A stretch of DNA of 64,000 nt, from contig VRMN01000015.1 of the NCBI GenBank assembly GCA_008690995.1, forward strand, positions 62,001 through 126,000, written 5' to 3'. The notes beneath the pieces were generated by a model, which made no database searches, was not told the origin of the DNA, and saw only the letters and a program-made list of their open reading frames with translations. Below, in pieces: positions 9,731-18,917 of the stretch (within the stretch, counting starts at the first letter, position 1; each line of letters begins with the position of its first letter). Origin of the DNA: Porphyridium purpureum (Eukaryota). A program made the translations under genes and the position numbers.

Positions 9731-11623
9731 ATGTGTGTGGCCCTTCTTACATTTGCGCCCACGGGCTATCCTGTCGGCGCTGCACGTGCGCTGCGCCTGG
9801 ATCGCGTGGTGCTGCGCGTGCGCGACACGAGGAAGCCATGTTGCTTGGATATCGTACGTGTGCAACGATCTCGAGCGCGTCAGACGCGATGGGATTGGAG
9901 CGCTGCTCGGCACCGCCAGCATCTCTCGCGCGGCTTCCCGCTTCAGTTGGTCTCTGCGAGCGAATCTGAGCAAGAGCACGAGGTACGCGAGCTGGTCGAG
10001 CGAGAAATTCAACGCAGGCTAGAAAGTCGGACGGCACGCTCGCCGTCGTTATCTGAATGGATTCTGCAGACGCCGCCTGTCGCACGAGGAGTGGTTGCCA
10101 TTTTACTAGGCGCTCTCTTGTTTATTGTGGAGCGCATTGTATTTAAAGGCCAAGCTTCGGCGGTCCCCGTGCCCACCCAGTACCGGAGACTCATGGTATT
10201 CAGCATGCTGAGCTTGTGGGGGCTACTCTGTGTCATTCTAGCTTCAGTTTGGCCCGGTGCTCGGTCACGTGGCACGAGGTCGGACAATAATGCAAGTTTA
10301 GCGCCGAGAGAGGCAACATCACAAGCTGACCAAGAGTCCACATCAGAGCGTGAGAAACTTCTCCAGGATCGATTGACGGATGCCGAGAGTGCGCGGAGTA
10401 CATTACTGGCCGAGGCCAATGAGCTGCGGGGACAAATTCAAAAGCTGCGAGACGAAGTGTCACGCGAGCCCGCCGGTATTCTGATGTTAAGGCGTGATTT
10501 AGAGGACGCGCTTTCTGAGCTTGAAAGCGAAAGGGCATCGTCCCGTTTGCTACGCGATCAAATCGCGCGCTTGCGTGAGAATGAAGGCCAGATTACAGCG
10601 GACAACGCACAACTAGAGCGGCAAGTTCTATACCTGAAGGAGCAGATCGAAGCTCTTGCGGCAGATCAGGAGGAGAAACAGGTGGAGATTGAAAAGCTCA
10701 TCTGTGAGCGTGACACGCTGGAGGCCAAACTTGTGCGGCTTGAAAATCAGATAACTCGGTCTCGCGAGGAACCCAAAATGGATGTCAGCAGTGAGCCAAC
10801 ACCCGTCGAGCAAGCGGTCAAAGTAAGCGCAAATGCCGGCACCGGCGAAGCGAACCAAACTGAGAATGTAGAGGCAGCAGAGTCCCTGCTAGAAACAAGT
10901 CCAAAGAATACGAGTATAACCACGCGGTCAGTCACAGAAACGAAAGTGGATGATCTCGTGAGCAATGCGCGCGAACTAGTCAACCGCACAAAACGTCGCG
11001 GGCGTGGATTTCGTGCGAGCCAAAACTCAACTTTGTTCCGCGAGGCCGTCGACTTGCTCGAGTCAGCTTGTGAGTTGCAGCCTAGCAGCTCGTTGTTGGC
11101 TTGCGAATGTGGAAATACGCTCGTTGCATGGGCCAAAAGCGACATCCAAAACGCTCAAGCTGAGCATGCATCACAGCTGCTCAAACGCGCAGAGGCGAAA
11201 TTCCAGCATGCGCTTGTCCTAAATCCAACGAGCGAGGCGGCGCTCTTCTCGTGGGGGCTCGCGCTGTGCATGGACGCAAACTTGGCGGCTGCTCGAAAGG
11301 ACCTGGAAGCTGGTTGCCACTTGTTCGACCGCGCGTGCACATTATACAGGCGCCTTCTGGCGATCAATGCCGAGTCAAAGTTGACAATGTTCAACTGTGG
11401 TCTCGCGTTGTACTCCAAGGGGAAACTCTTGGAATCTGCCTCCTCTGACGAAAGCACCGATGGCGCTCCTTCTGACGCCATGGACTGCTTTGCACAAGCT
11501 GCTACCCTCCTGCGTCAGTGTCTCGAGCTGGACGCCAATGATGAGAAAGCTCAAGAGTATTTGGACGTGTGCGAGGCAAGCCTGCAGAAGTACGGATATT
11601 CCGGAATTTTAGACCAGCCTTGA
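9731..11623 (+). CDS. Hypothetical protein: possible transit peptide, two TM helices, long coiled coil, C-terminal TPR-like repeats
   Basis: Hydrophobic segments GVVAILLGALLFIV and LMVFSMLSLWGLLCVILASVW; heptad-rich E/L/K region; TPR-like KFQHALVLNPTSEAALFSWGLAL and MFNCGLALYSKG. ATG at 9731. Confidence 0.75.
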   Translation: MCVALLTFAPTGYPVGAARALRLDRVVLRVRDTRKPCCLDIVRVQRSRARQTRWDWSAARHRQHLSRGFPLQLVSASESEQEHEVRELVEREIQRRLESRTARSPSLSEWILQTPPVARGVVAILLGALLFIVERIVFKGQASAVPVPTQYRRLMVFSMLSLWGLLCVILASVWPGARSRGTRSDNNASLAPREATSQADQESTSEREKLLQDRLTDAESARSTLLAEANELRGQIQKLRDEVSREPAGILMLRRDLEDALSELESERASSRLLRDQIARLRENEGQITADNAQLERQVLYLKEQIEALAADQEEKQVEIEKLICERDTLEAKLVRLENQITRSREEPKMDVSSEPTPVEQAVKVSANAGTGEANQTENVEAAESLLETSPKNTSITTRSVTETKVDDLVSNARELVNRTKRRGRGFRASQNSTLFREAVDLLESACELQPSSSLLACECGNTLVAWAKSDIQNAQAEHASQLLKRAEAKFQHALVLNPTSEAALFSWGLALCMDANLAAARKDLEAGCHLFDRACTLYRRLLAINAESKLTMFNCGLALYSKGKLLESASSDESTDGAPSDAMDCFAQAATLLRQCLELDANDEKAQEYLDVCEASLQKYGYSGILDQP

Positions 11624-11686
11624 AACCACTTGACTGAGAAGCTAATCACGAGTAGTCATAAAAAAGAGTACTAGAGCGGGAATCAG

Positions 11687-12535
11687 CTACGATTGTTCTG
11701 TGTCATGTGGTACGCGACTTGCGCTCAACGAGCCTTCTTGAGGCTTTTCTGTCGCGCTGGATTTCAGCTTCTGCGTCTTTATACGTTCATACTCTTGATC
11801 AAGCTTTCGCAGGCGGATTTGCTGCTCGATGCGAGCTCGCTCCGTTTCAAGACCAAGAAGTGCACGCCGCGCGTCCTCATCAAGAGGAACGAGCTCCCCG
11901 GTCTCCTCGTCAATGGCCATTGCGCCGCCATCATCCAGAAACTCGGGCATGTCACCTTTGAAGTCCAAGTCAGCGCGGACATCATTCATCCTAATATCCG
12001 GTGTGCCTCGCTTTTCTCGAGGTTCCGAATTCCAGTCCTCATCGTCATCTTCGCGACGCGACTCTGGCTTATCCTTTGCTGGCGTTTCCTTGCTCGGTTC
12101 TTCGTCGATGAATGCTTGCGCGGCTTCAGTAATATTTTTTGTCACTTGACCAACCAGCGTGCCGACCTGGCGCGACACATTAATGAGTTCCTTTGGTCCG
12201 AGGACGATCCAGCCAACCACCAGAATGGTCACAACCTCCGCTGGACCGACGCCCAGGAAGCCTCCTCCAGGTCCCAGCGTCACCATCGACAGCGTCGTTC
12301 GAGGCGCACGGGCCCTTCTCCTTCTCGATCCAACTGTCTGACGCAGCACGTGCGCGGTGCCAAGTCCAGACACAAAACACGTGCAGTGCGCATCCCTGTT
12401 GCCTTCGAAACCGCGCCTCACAGCATTACCCGTCCCGTTCCATACATAACCAGCGCGGACATATCGTGCGCAGGAGCCTGAAGCCGAGGCCTGCCGTGCG
12501 TCAAACACAATGCCCCGCTCATGCATCTCACGCAT
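11687..12535 (-). CDS. tatB: Plastid twin-arginine translocase subunit TatB/Hcf106-like
   Basis: GFLGVGPAEVVTILVVGWIVLGPKEL followed by an amphipathic helix (TatA/B signature) and an acidic tail; preceded by transit-like FVSGLG...RRRRARAPR. Start uncertain. Confidence 0.82.
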   Translation of the reverse strand: MREMHERGIVFDARQASASGSCARYVRAGYVWNGTGNAVRRGFEGNRDAHCTCFVSGLGTAHVLRQTVGSRRRRARAPRTTLSMVTLGPGGGFLGVGPAEVVTILVVGWIVLGPKELINVSRQVGTLVGQVTKNITEAAQAFIDEEPSKETPAKDKPESRREDDDEDWNSEPREKRGTPDIRMNDVRADLDFKGDMPEFLDDGGAMAIDEETGELVPLDEDARRALLGLETERARIEQQIRLRKLDQEYERIKTQKLKSSATEKPQEGSLSASRVPHDTEQS

Positions 12536-12905
12536 GGCGCATGCCGCACGCGCCGCCTGCTTCTTCTCGTCTCCCTCGCGCCCACGCGCAGCTCGTCCCG
12601 CGCGTGCCGCGCACCGTGTCAACTGTACCTTGCACAGTCTAATAAAACGGCCTCCTTTAATATAAAATATAAAATGGAGGTACAGTGGCGGGAGTGGAAA
12701 ACGTGCGCTGCGTGGCGGCGGGAGCGCGTTCGTGCGTGGCAGAAGCGACTGTCGACGTGGATGTCGAGCGCAGTTATTGTACCCGCGGCTGCCATGGAGC
12801 GTCTCGGAGACTGCGCGTTCGCGCCGCCCGCGCCATATAGTGAAGGCCGCGTCCGTGCCAGCCAGTCGCCGTGCGAGTGGTAGCGACACGCGGCTGAACG
12901 CAGGC

Positions 12906-14327
12906 ATGCGCGGCGCGCCGTGGCGCTCGCTGCGTGCGCGTGCGCGCTGCGCATCGACTGGGTTTGGCGTTCGGCCTCAGCATGCGAGGATGGGAATGTC
13001 GCTCGGCGAAGTACAGGCGGAGAAAATGGCCGGCACGGGACCGCAGCAGACGCCCGCGCAGCACATTCCGGCGCTGGATAGCGACTCGTTCCCGATTTTA
13101 AACCAGAAAGTGCATGATGACCGCCGCTTGGTGTACTTGGACAGTGCAGCCACGTCGCAAAAGCCCATAGTAGTGCTTGATGCTCTGAGAAGCTACTACA
13201 CGAGTGACAACTCGAACGTGCACCGTGGGGCGCACTCGCTCTCTGCCCGCGCGACCGCGCGGTTCGAGTCGGCAAGGGATAAGGTGCAGCATCTTTTGCA
13301 CGCGCCGTCGCGCGAAGAGATTATCTACACGCGCAATGCTACGGAAGCCATCAATCTTGTTGCGTACGCATGGGCGGGGTCCAATCTGCAGCCAGGTGAC
13401 GTGATTGTGAGCAGCGTGATGGAGCACCACTCGAACTTGGTGCCATGGCAGATCGTTGCGAAGAACACAGGAGCGCGCTTGCGACACGTCGGGCTGAACG
13501 AGCATGAAATGTACGACCTTGACTCACTCAAACAAATCTTGAGCGAGGAGGCTGGTAAAGTTAAGCTCGTGACGTGTAACCATGTGAGTAACATGCTTGG
13601 CTGCGTAAACCCGGTGCGAGAAATAGCTGCGCTGGCGGCTGAGGCAGGCGCAAAAGTTATGGTCGATGGATGCCAGTCAGTCCCGCATATGCCCGTCGAC
13701 GTGGCTGCGCTTGGCTGTGATTTCTATGCGGTGTCTGGGCACAAGATGTGCGCTCCGACAGGCATCGGCATATTGTATGCCAGAAAGGAACTACTCGAAT
13801 CCATGAATCCATTCATGGGTGGCGGAGAAATGATTGACGAGGTGCATCTAGACCATTCAACTTGGGCAATGCTGCCGCACAAGTTTGAGGCCGGCACGCC
13901 GTCAATCGGTGAAGCCGTGGGACTGGGCGCAGCTGTGGATTACTTGAACCAGCTCGGCATCGACGAGGTGCACGCGTTCGAGCAGCGCATCGGACGTTAC
14001 TTGTACGATCGCCTCAGTGCGTTCAAGCAAGTCAAGATTTACGGTCCTCACCCTGACGTGGCGGAGCGCGCGTCGCTGTGCTCATTCAATGTGGAAGGCG
14101 TTCACCCATCGGACCTCGCCACGATGATGGATCTGGACGGTGTGGCCGTGCGTTCGGGTCACCATTGTACGCAGCCTTTGCACCGGCATTTCTCGATTGA
14201 CGCCAGTGCGCGCGCATCTCTGTATGTTTACAATTCAAGTCGGGACGTGGACGCGTTCATCGAGTCGCTCGTTCACTCGGTCGAACTCCTCGGAGAGCGC
14301 TTAACGTCCGTTAATGGAACCAATTAA
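12906..14327 (+). CDS. sufS: Plastid cysteine desulfurase SufS (group II, cpNifS)
   Basis: LVYLDSAATSQKP, NVHRGAH, RNATEAINLVA, MEHHSNLVPWQ, SGHKMCAPTGIG (PLP Lys), FEAGTP, VRSGHHCTQPL (catalytic Cys). The true start may be the out-of-frame ATG at 12794. Confidence 0.96.
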   Translation: MRGAPWRSLRARARCASTGFGVRPQHARMGMSLGEVQAEKMAGTGPQQTPAQHIPALDSDSFPILNQKVHDDRRLVYLDSAATSQKPIVVLDALRSYYTSDNSNVHRGAHSLSARATARFESARDKVQHLLHAPSREEIIYTRNATEAINLVAYAWAGSNLQPGDVIVSSVMEHHSNLVPWQIVAKNTGARLRHVGLNEHEMYDLDSLKQILSEEAGKVKLVTCNHVSNMLGCVNPVREIAALAAEAGAKVMVDGCQSVPHMPVDVAALGCDFYAVSGHKMCAPTGIGILYARKELLESMNPFMGGGEMIDEVHLDHSTWAMLPHKFEAGTPSIGEAVGLGAAVDYLNQLGIDEVHAFEQRIGRYLYDRLSAFKQVKIYGPHPDVAERASLCSFNVEGVHPSDLATMMDLDGVAVRSGHHCTQPLHRHFSIDASARASLYVYNSSRDVDAFIESLVHSVELLGERLTSVNGTN

Positions 14328-14372
14328 AGTAGAGCTGAGTGGAAGCAGTGAAGGTAACAGTTCAGGAGGAAG

Positions 14373-16262
14373 ATGGCCGAGACACTGTTTGTGTCTTGCG
14401 GTATTGCACCTCGAACAGGTAGGCAGCCGGTCAGGACACGCGCAAAATGCCGCGCAGCTTCTCGTGACCAGCCGAGCGAGGCTGTTCCTGGCGACTCAAA
14501 GGTGCGGCGTGTCCTGGAAGGTATCGACGGAGGCAAGCCATGGAAAGGGTTAAATGCGGCTGACGCGGCGTGGACGCGCCTCAAGGAAGCAGGCAGCATG
14601 GATCCATTTTTCAAGGGCGAAGTGGTTCACCGGATTCGCGGGCGGAAGACGCCCGCACAGGTGAACGGTGATACTCTGAATGTGGACGTCTTGATCTGTG
14701 GAGGTACGCTCGGCATCTTTTTGGCACTCGCCTTACTCAAGCAGAATGAGAAGAAGCTCCGGGTTGCAGTAGTGGAGCGCGGACCTCTAGTCGGCCGCGA
14801 GCAAGAATGGAACATCTCGCGAGAAGAGCTGGGAGTCTTGGTCGACACGCTGGGGCTTTTCAGCGCAGACGAGCTGGAAGAGTGCGTGCGAGGCGAGTTC
14901 AACCCGATGCGCATCGCTTTTGGCGCAAGCATGGCAGAGGCACAAGCTGCGCAACTTGAGGTGCGCAACGTGTTGAACCTCGGCGTGGCTCCCGACAGAT
15001 TAATCGCGAAGAGCAAGGCCAAGTTCGAGGCGCTGGGCGGTGTGTTGCTCGAGTTTCACGAATTTGTGAAGACCGATTTGTATGATCATGGGTCTGTTAC
15101 TTTACTGAAAAAACTCGGGCGCCGAAAAGATGTGCGCTCGCAAGGCGCTGGTGGAGCTTCACAATTTGAATCGGTCGAGAAAGGAGCAGCAGGCGATGGT
15201 TTCTGCACGGTCAATGCAAGACTTGTGGTTGATGCTATGGGTAACTTCTCGCCTATTATGTTGCAGGCGCGAAGACAGAATGGAAGGGGCCTGGCCCCGG
15301 ATGGGGTTTGCCTTGTGGTCGGGACTTGCGCTGACAACGCGGGCCCGTGGGACGTGCGCGTCGACGGCTCCGGTGATCTCATTTATTCGATCACGCCCGT
15401 CGCAAATCAGCGCCAATATTTTTGGGAAGCGTTTCCTGCTGCTGGCGGGGGGCGAACGACGTATATGTTCAGCTATCTGGATGCCGAGGCTGGGCGCCCA
15501 TCACTCATCGAAATGTTTGAGGATTACTTTGACATGATGCCTGCGTACCAGTACACCACTCTGGACGCCCTCGAATTTCGAAGAGCCCTTTTCGGCTTCT
15601 TTCCAAGCTACAAGGACTCGCCACTGTCGTCCTCGTTTGACCGCATCTTGCACGTGGGCGACTCGTCGGGCCTGCAAAGTCCCCTCAGCTTTGGAGGATT
15701 TGGCGCGTTGCTGCGGCACCTTGACAGACTTTGCAGCGGAATATCAATTGCACTGGAGGAGCCTTCTGACAGGCTCTTGAAAGCGAGTGCGTTGCAGGCA
15801 TTGACACCATACCAGCCCAGCCTGAGTGTGACCTGGCTCTTCCAACGCAGCATGTGTGTGAAGCTCGACCAAGACGTACGGAATGAGAATCTGGTGAACC
15901 AGGTTCTTCAGACGACTTTTCTTGAAATGAGCAAAATGGGCACCGGTGTCCTCGTGCCTTTCCTGCAAGACGTCGTACAAGCAGGCGGCTTGACGCGCGC
16001 CCTTGTTGCGATGACCGTGGCGGATCTCGGCCTGGTTCTTCAGGTCATGGCGGTCGTTGGACCCGGCGGCATTGCCTCGTGGTATGCGCACTACATGGCT
16101 CTCTTAAGCTACGCTGTGCTGAGTCGCCTCGCCGAGCCACTCCAGGGAAAGCTTTTGGAGAGTCCTGAACTCTCGCCAGTACAAAAGTACTTCTTGTTGA
16201 ACACGATTCGCGCCTGGCAATACGGGAGCGGACGCGACCATGGCGCTACGCGCCACGAGTGA
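14373..16262 (+). CDS. cruP: CruP/CruA-family FAD-dependent oxidoreductase (lycopene-cyclase-like), plastid-targeted
   Basis: DVLICGGTLGIFLALAL...VAVVERG.LVGREQEWNISREEL; LVVDAMGNFSPI; PDGVCLVVG; QYFWEAFP; RTTYMFSY; GDSSGLQSPLSFGGFG; W.YGSG.D. Transit-like start MAETLFVSCG. Confidence 0.88.
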   Translation: MAETLFVSCGIAPRTGRQPVRTRAKCRAASRDQPSEAVPGDSKVRRVLEGIDGGKPWKGLNAADAAWTRLKEAGSMDPFFKGEVVHRIRGRKTPAQVNGDTLNVDVLICGGTLGIFLALALLKQNEKKLRVAVVERGPLVGREQEWNISREELGVLVDTLGLFSADELEECVRGEFNPMRIAFGASMAEAQAAQLEVRNVLNLGVAPDRLIAKSKAKFEALGGVLLEFHEFVKTDLYDHGSVTLLKKLGRRKDVRSQGAGGASQFESVEKGAAGDGFCTVNARLVVDAMGNFSPIMLQARRQNGRGLAPDGVCLVVGTCADNAGPWDVRVDGSGDLIYSITPVANQRQYFWEAFPAAGGGRTTYMFSYLDAEAGRPSLIEMFEDYFDMMPAYQYTTLDALEFRRALFGFFPSYKDSPLSSSFDRILHVGDSSGLQSPLSFGGFGALLRHLDRLCSGISIALEEPSDRLLKASALQALTPYQPSLSVTWLFQRSMCVKLDQDVRNENLVNQVLQTTFLEMSKMGTGVLVPFLQDVVQAGGLTRALVAMTVADLGLVLQVMAVVGPGGIASWYAHYMALLSYAVLSRLAEPLQGKLLESPELSPVQKYFLLNTIRAWQYGSGRDHGATRHE

Positions 16263-16466
16263 CGGATACGCAGTAGCCTGTGAGAAAAAGAAATAAAAAT
16301 TGTTTCGTTCCTTTATTTTTAAATGAATGGTACGCGTCATGCCCAGACATAGCTGGAAACGTACGGATGAGCCAATGGAATTTCAAGGAGGGCCGTCCAG
16401 GACGTTCACGCCTGTATGAGCCCCGCACTAACCAAAACACCTTGAGCACGTTCTTTCCTCTGCGGG

Positions 16467-17192
16467 TTACTCCTCGATTGCCTCTCGTGTTGGACCACCG
16501 TAGATGGAGACTTTCGGGTGCACAACCCACGGTTGCTCTGGCGGGAACGCACTCGCCGGCATGGCCTCGTACCGACACAGCAAAGAAATGCCGCCAAGGA
16601 AGATGCCACTGAGCACGGAGCGCATGGGGCTCATCTTCGGGACACCCGCCACTAGCCCCATGGCAAAGCCTCCCCACATGGCGTTCCATTGGTCGTTCTT
16701 GCCGCGTAAGGTCTGCGCAGTGTAATCTCCAATCGCGTACATTGCGCCGGCCGTGGCGTAGGTGACCAACATTCTGCCTGTGTACTTGCCCATATTCCCG
16801 CGCCCGATGGGTGGTGGCAGCTTCAAGCGCGGATCCTCTGGCGGCGCCAGCTCGGCCTTTTGCATGGCCTGCCTGACGGGCAACGGGTCAGACGGGTCTA
16901 CCTTGCCGACGTAGTTGCGGACGACGCTCAAGTCCCACTTTGCGTCGATCGATGTCTGTGCGAGAGCCACGCAGACGCCGAGTCCCACACCGACGGCCGT
17001 TCGCTCCGCGATCCCGCTCGAGTCCCAGTCCTCGAGCGTGTACCCCCATGTTCCGGGCTCATTCGGCGTGCTCTTGAAGCCCATCCAGTTCGTCTGCTCC
17101 TCGGGCCGGAACACCTCTCCGAAAGGGTACCGGCCCGAAATCTCGCCGGTATCCGGGTCCACGCGGCCCGGCACGCCCTTGACGAGCGTCAT
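16467..17192 (-). CDS. Tim17/Tim22/Tim23-family membrane protein, possibly complex I subunit NDUFA11 (B14.7)-like
   Basis: YATAGAMYAIGDYTAQTLRGKNDQWNAMWGGFAMGLVAG matches the family R.K.D..N...GG...G motif. ATG at 17192. Confidence 0.75.
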   Translation of the reverse strand: MTLVKGVPGRVDPDTGEISGRYPFGEVFRPEEQTNWMGFKSTPNEPGTWGYTLEDWDSSGIAERTAVGVGLGVCVALAQTSIDAKWDLSVVRNYVGKVDPSDPLPVRQAMQKAELAPPEDPRLKLPPPIGRGNMGKYTGRMLVTYATAGAMYAIGDYTAQTLRGKNDQWNAMWGGFAMGLVAGVPKMSPMRSVLSGIFLGGISLLCRYEAMPASAFPPEQPWVVHPKVSIYGGPTREAIEE

Positions 17193-17452
17193 CGTGCGCC
17201 AATCACCGTCCCGCCTTCCGTCTTCCGTCGTCTCCTCGCCACACTTGTCTCTTCGTCTTCTTCCTCGCCCTCCTCCCCAAGTCAAAGCCGCAGCAGCCGA
17301 CCAGAAAAACCAGCTCGCAACTGTACTTTGTGTTCAGCTCCGTTTTTTAGCTGTTCAAGATATTTAAAAACGTATTAAAAAGAAAGTTAAAAAACGAGAC
17401 CGAAACCGGAACCGGGAAAGCAGCGCGCTGCGCGAGTGTGCAAGAACAGCAG

Positions 17453-18550
17453 CTACAATGTGTCCCAAAACTCGCGCGTGTTGGCGTACCAGTTGAGCGT
17501 TGCAGGGAACGCCTCGTCGAACGAGTACAGCGGCTGGTACCCAAAGTCTGTCTGGATGTTGGCAATGTTGAACGTGCGCTCGATGGTCAGCATCTTGACC
17601 ACAAACGGCCGCAGCGCAATGGACGTGCCGAACACGCCGTTGATGGCCTGGCAGATACGCGCGATGCCCATCATAATGGAGTACGGCACTTTGGTCTTGG
17701 AGAACAGCGACGGGTGCGGTGTAAGCTCGGTGATTGCGCGGTCCAGAAGGTACCAAAGTTTCTGCGGCGGGCCGTCCGTCGCAATGTAGAATTTGCCCAA
17801 CACGGGAGATCCAGGAAATAATGCCACGGAGCCCAAGATCAATGCGTGGCAGTAATTGTCCACGTAGCAGAGACTGATCTTGTTTTCGCCGTCACCGAAA
17901 ATGCGCAAGCTCTTCGCGCGTCGGAGAAAGTTTGGCAGGAACAGGTTGTCGAAAGGCCCATACACTTGATGCGGCGCCACAATGACCGCCAGCAGCTTTT
18001 CGCCGTCACACGCCTGGCGCAAGGCTTCCTCTCCCATGGCCTTGGACTCGGCATACGCTTCAAGAAACTGACCCGGCGGGCGTATGCTCAGCTCGTCCTC
18101 GCGTTTCCACACAACGTCCGAACCGTCCATGCGGGTGGACGGTGACGACGACATGACCACGTTACGCACGTTGAACTTTCTGCATGCGTCAATCACGTGA
18201 AGGGTGCCATGATAGTTCACACGGTAGTATGCGTCGTGCGCGTGGTACGGCCCAACCAACGCAGCCATATGAAAGACGCAATCGATTTCGCCCTTGCAGC
18301 TCTCAAACGCGTTCATAACGTCTTGCTTTTCGGCCAGATCCCCCTGCACCCAACGCAGCTCACATCCCGGCTTGATCTTGAGAGCGTGCATTCCCGTTGG
18401 CTGCGGCGCGCGGTCGAACCCGACCACGAGTTTGGCACCGGCCTCGGACAGCATTTCCACCAGCCGCCGCCCACACAGGCCCGCGGCGCCCGTGACAAGG
18501 CACCCGCCCGGAGCGGGTGCCAGCTTGACGTCTGATGGTCTCAGGTCCAT
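17453..18550 (-). CDS. Sterol-4-alpha-carboxylate 3-dehydrogenase / 3-beta-HSD (ERG26/NSDHL-like extended SDR)
   Basis: LVTGAAGLCGRRLV (Rossmann), VFHMAA, VNYHGT, YAESKAMGE (YxxxK), PHQVYGP, YVDNYCHA, DFGYQP. Confidence 0.88.
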   Translation of the reverse strand: MDLRPSDVKLAPAPGGCLVTGAAGLCGRRLVEMLSEAGAKLVVGFDRAPQPTGMHALKIKPGCELRWVQGDLAEKQDVMNAFESCKGEIDCVFHMAALVGPYHAHDAYYRVNYHGTLHVIDACRKFNVRNVVMSSSPSTRMDGSDVVWKREDELSIRPPGQFLEAYAESKAMGEEALRQACDGEKLLAVIVAPHQVYGPFDNLFLPNFLRRAKSLRIFGDGENKISLCYVDNYCHALILGSVALFPGSPVLGKFYIATDGPPQKLWYLLDRAITELTPHPSLFSKTKVPYSIMMGIARICQAINGVFGTSIALRPFVVKMLTIERTFNIANIQTDFGYQPLYSFDEAFPATLNWYANTREFWDTL

Positions 18551-18917
18551 CCTGAGCCGCCTCGCCTGCGCGTCGCACCCTGCTTTGCACAGCAGCGGCC
18601 ACCACACAATGTGGCGCGCGTTTGGCAAGAAACATGGACAACTGTACACTACTGAAAAGTGCAGTGACTGAGATTCACGCGCGCCGCACTTGGTCTCGCA
18701 AGCGCGCACGCCGGGGGCCCCCGCAGCCCTCCGTTTCTTCCGCACGCTCTGCGGCGTCGAACTCCCTGGAACAAGATTCGTCAAGCGGCCGCAGCCGCTC
18801 TTCTCTGTCCACTGCGTGGTTGCTGAAACACGGCGGCATCATCAACCGCGGCGGCGCGGCAACTCAACCACCTCTTTTTACTTTACTTTCCAATATGATA
18901 AGTCATGCACGCGTTGC

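Noticed and set aside
12391..12393. Out-of-frame ATG just before the TatB FVSG transit-like motif as another frameshift
   Set aside because: An in-frame ATG exists at 12535, so no frameshift is required; weaker than the SufS and PSY cases.
14364..14369. AGGAGG Shine-Dalgarno-like sequence before CruP
   Set aside because: Nuclear eukaryotic context; purine-rich leaders precede most genes in this window.
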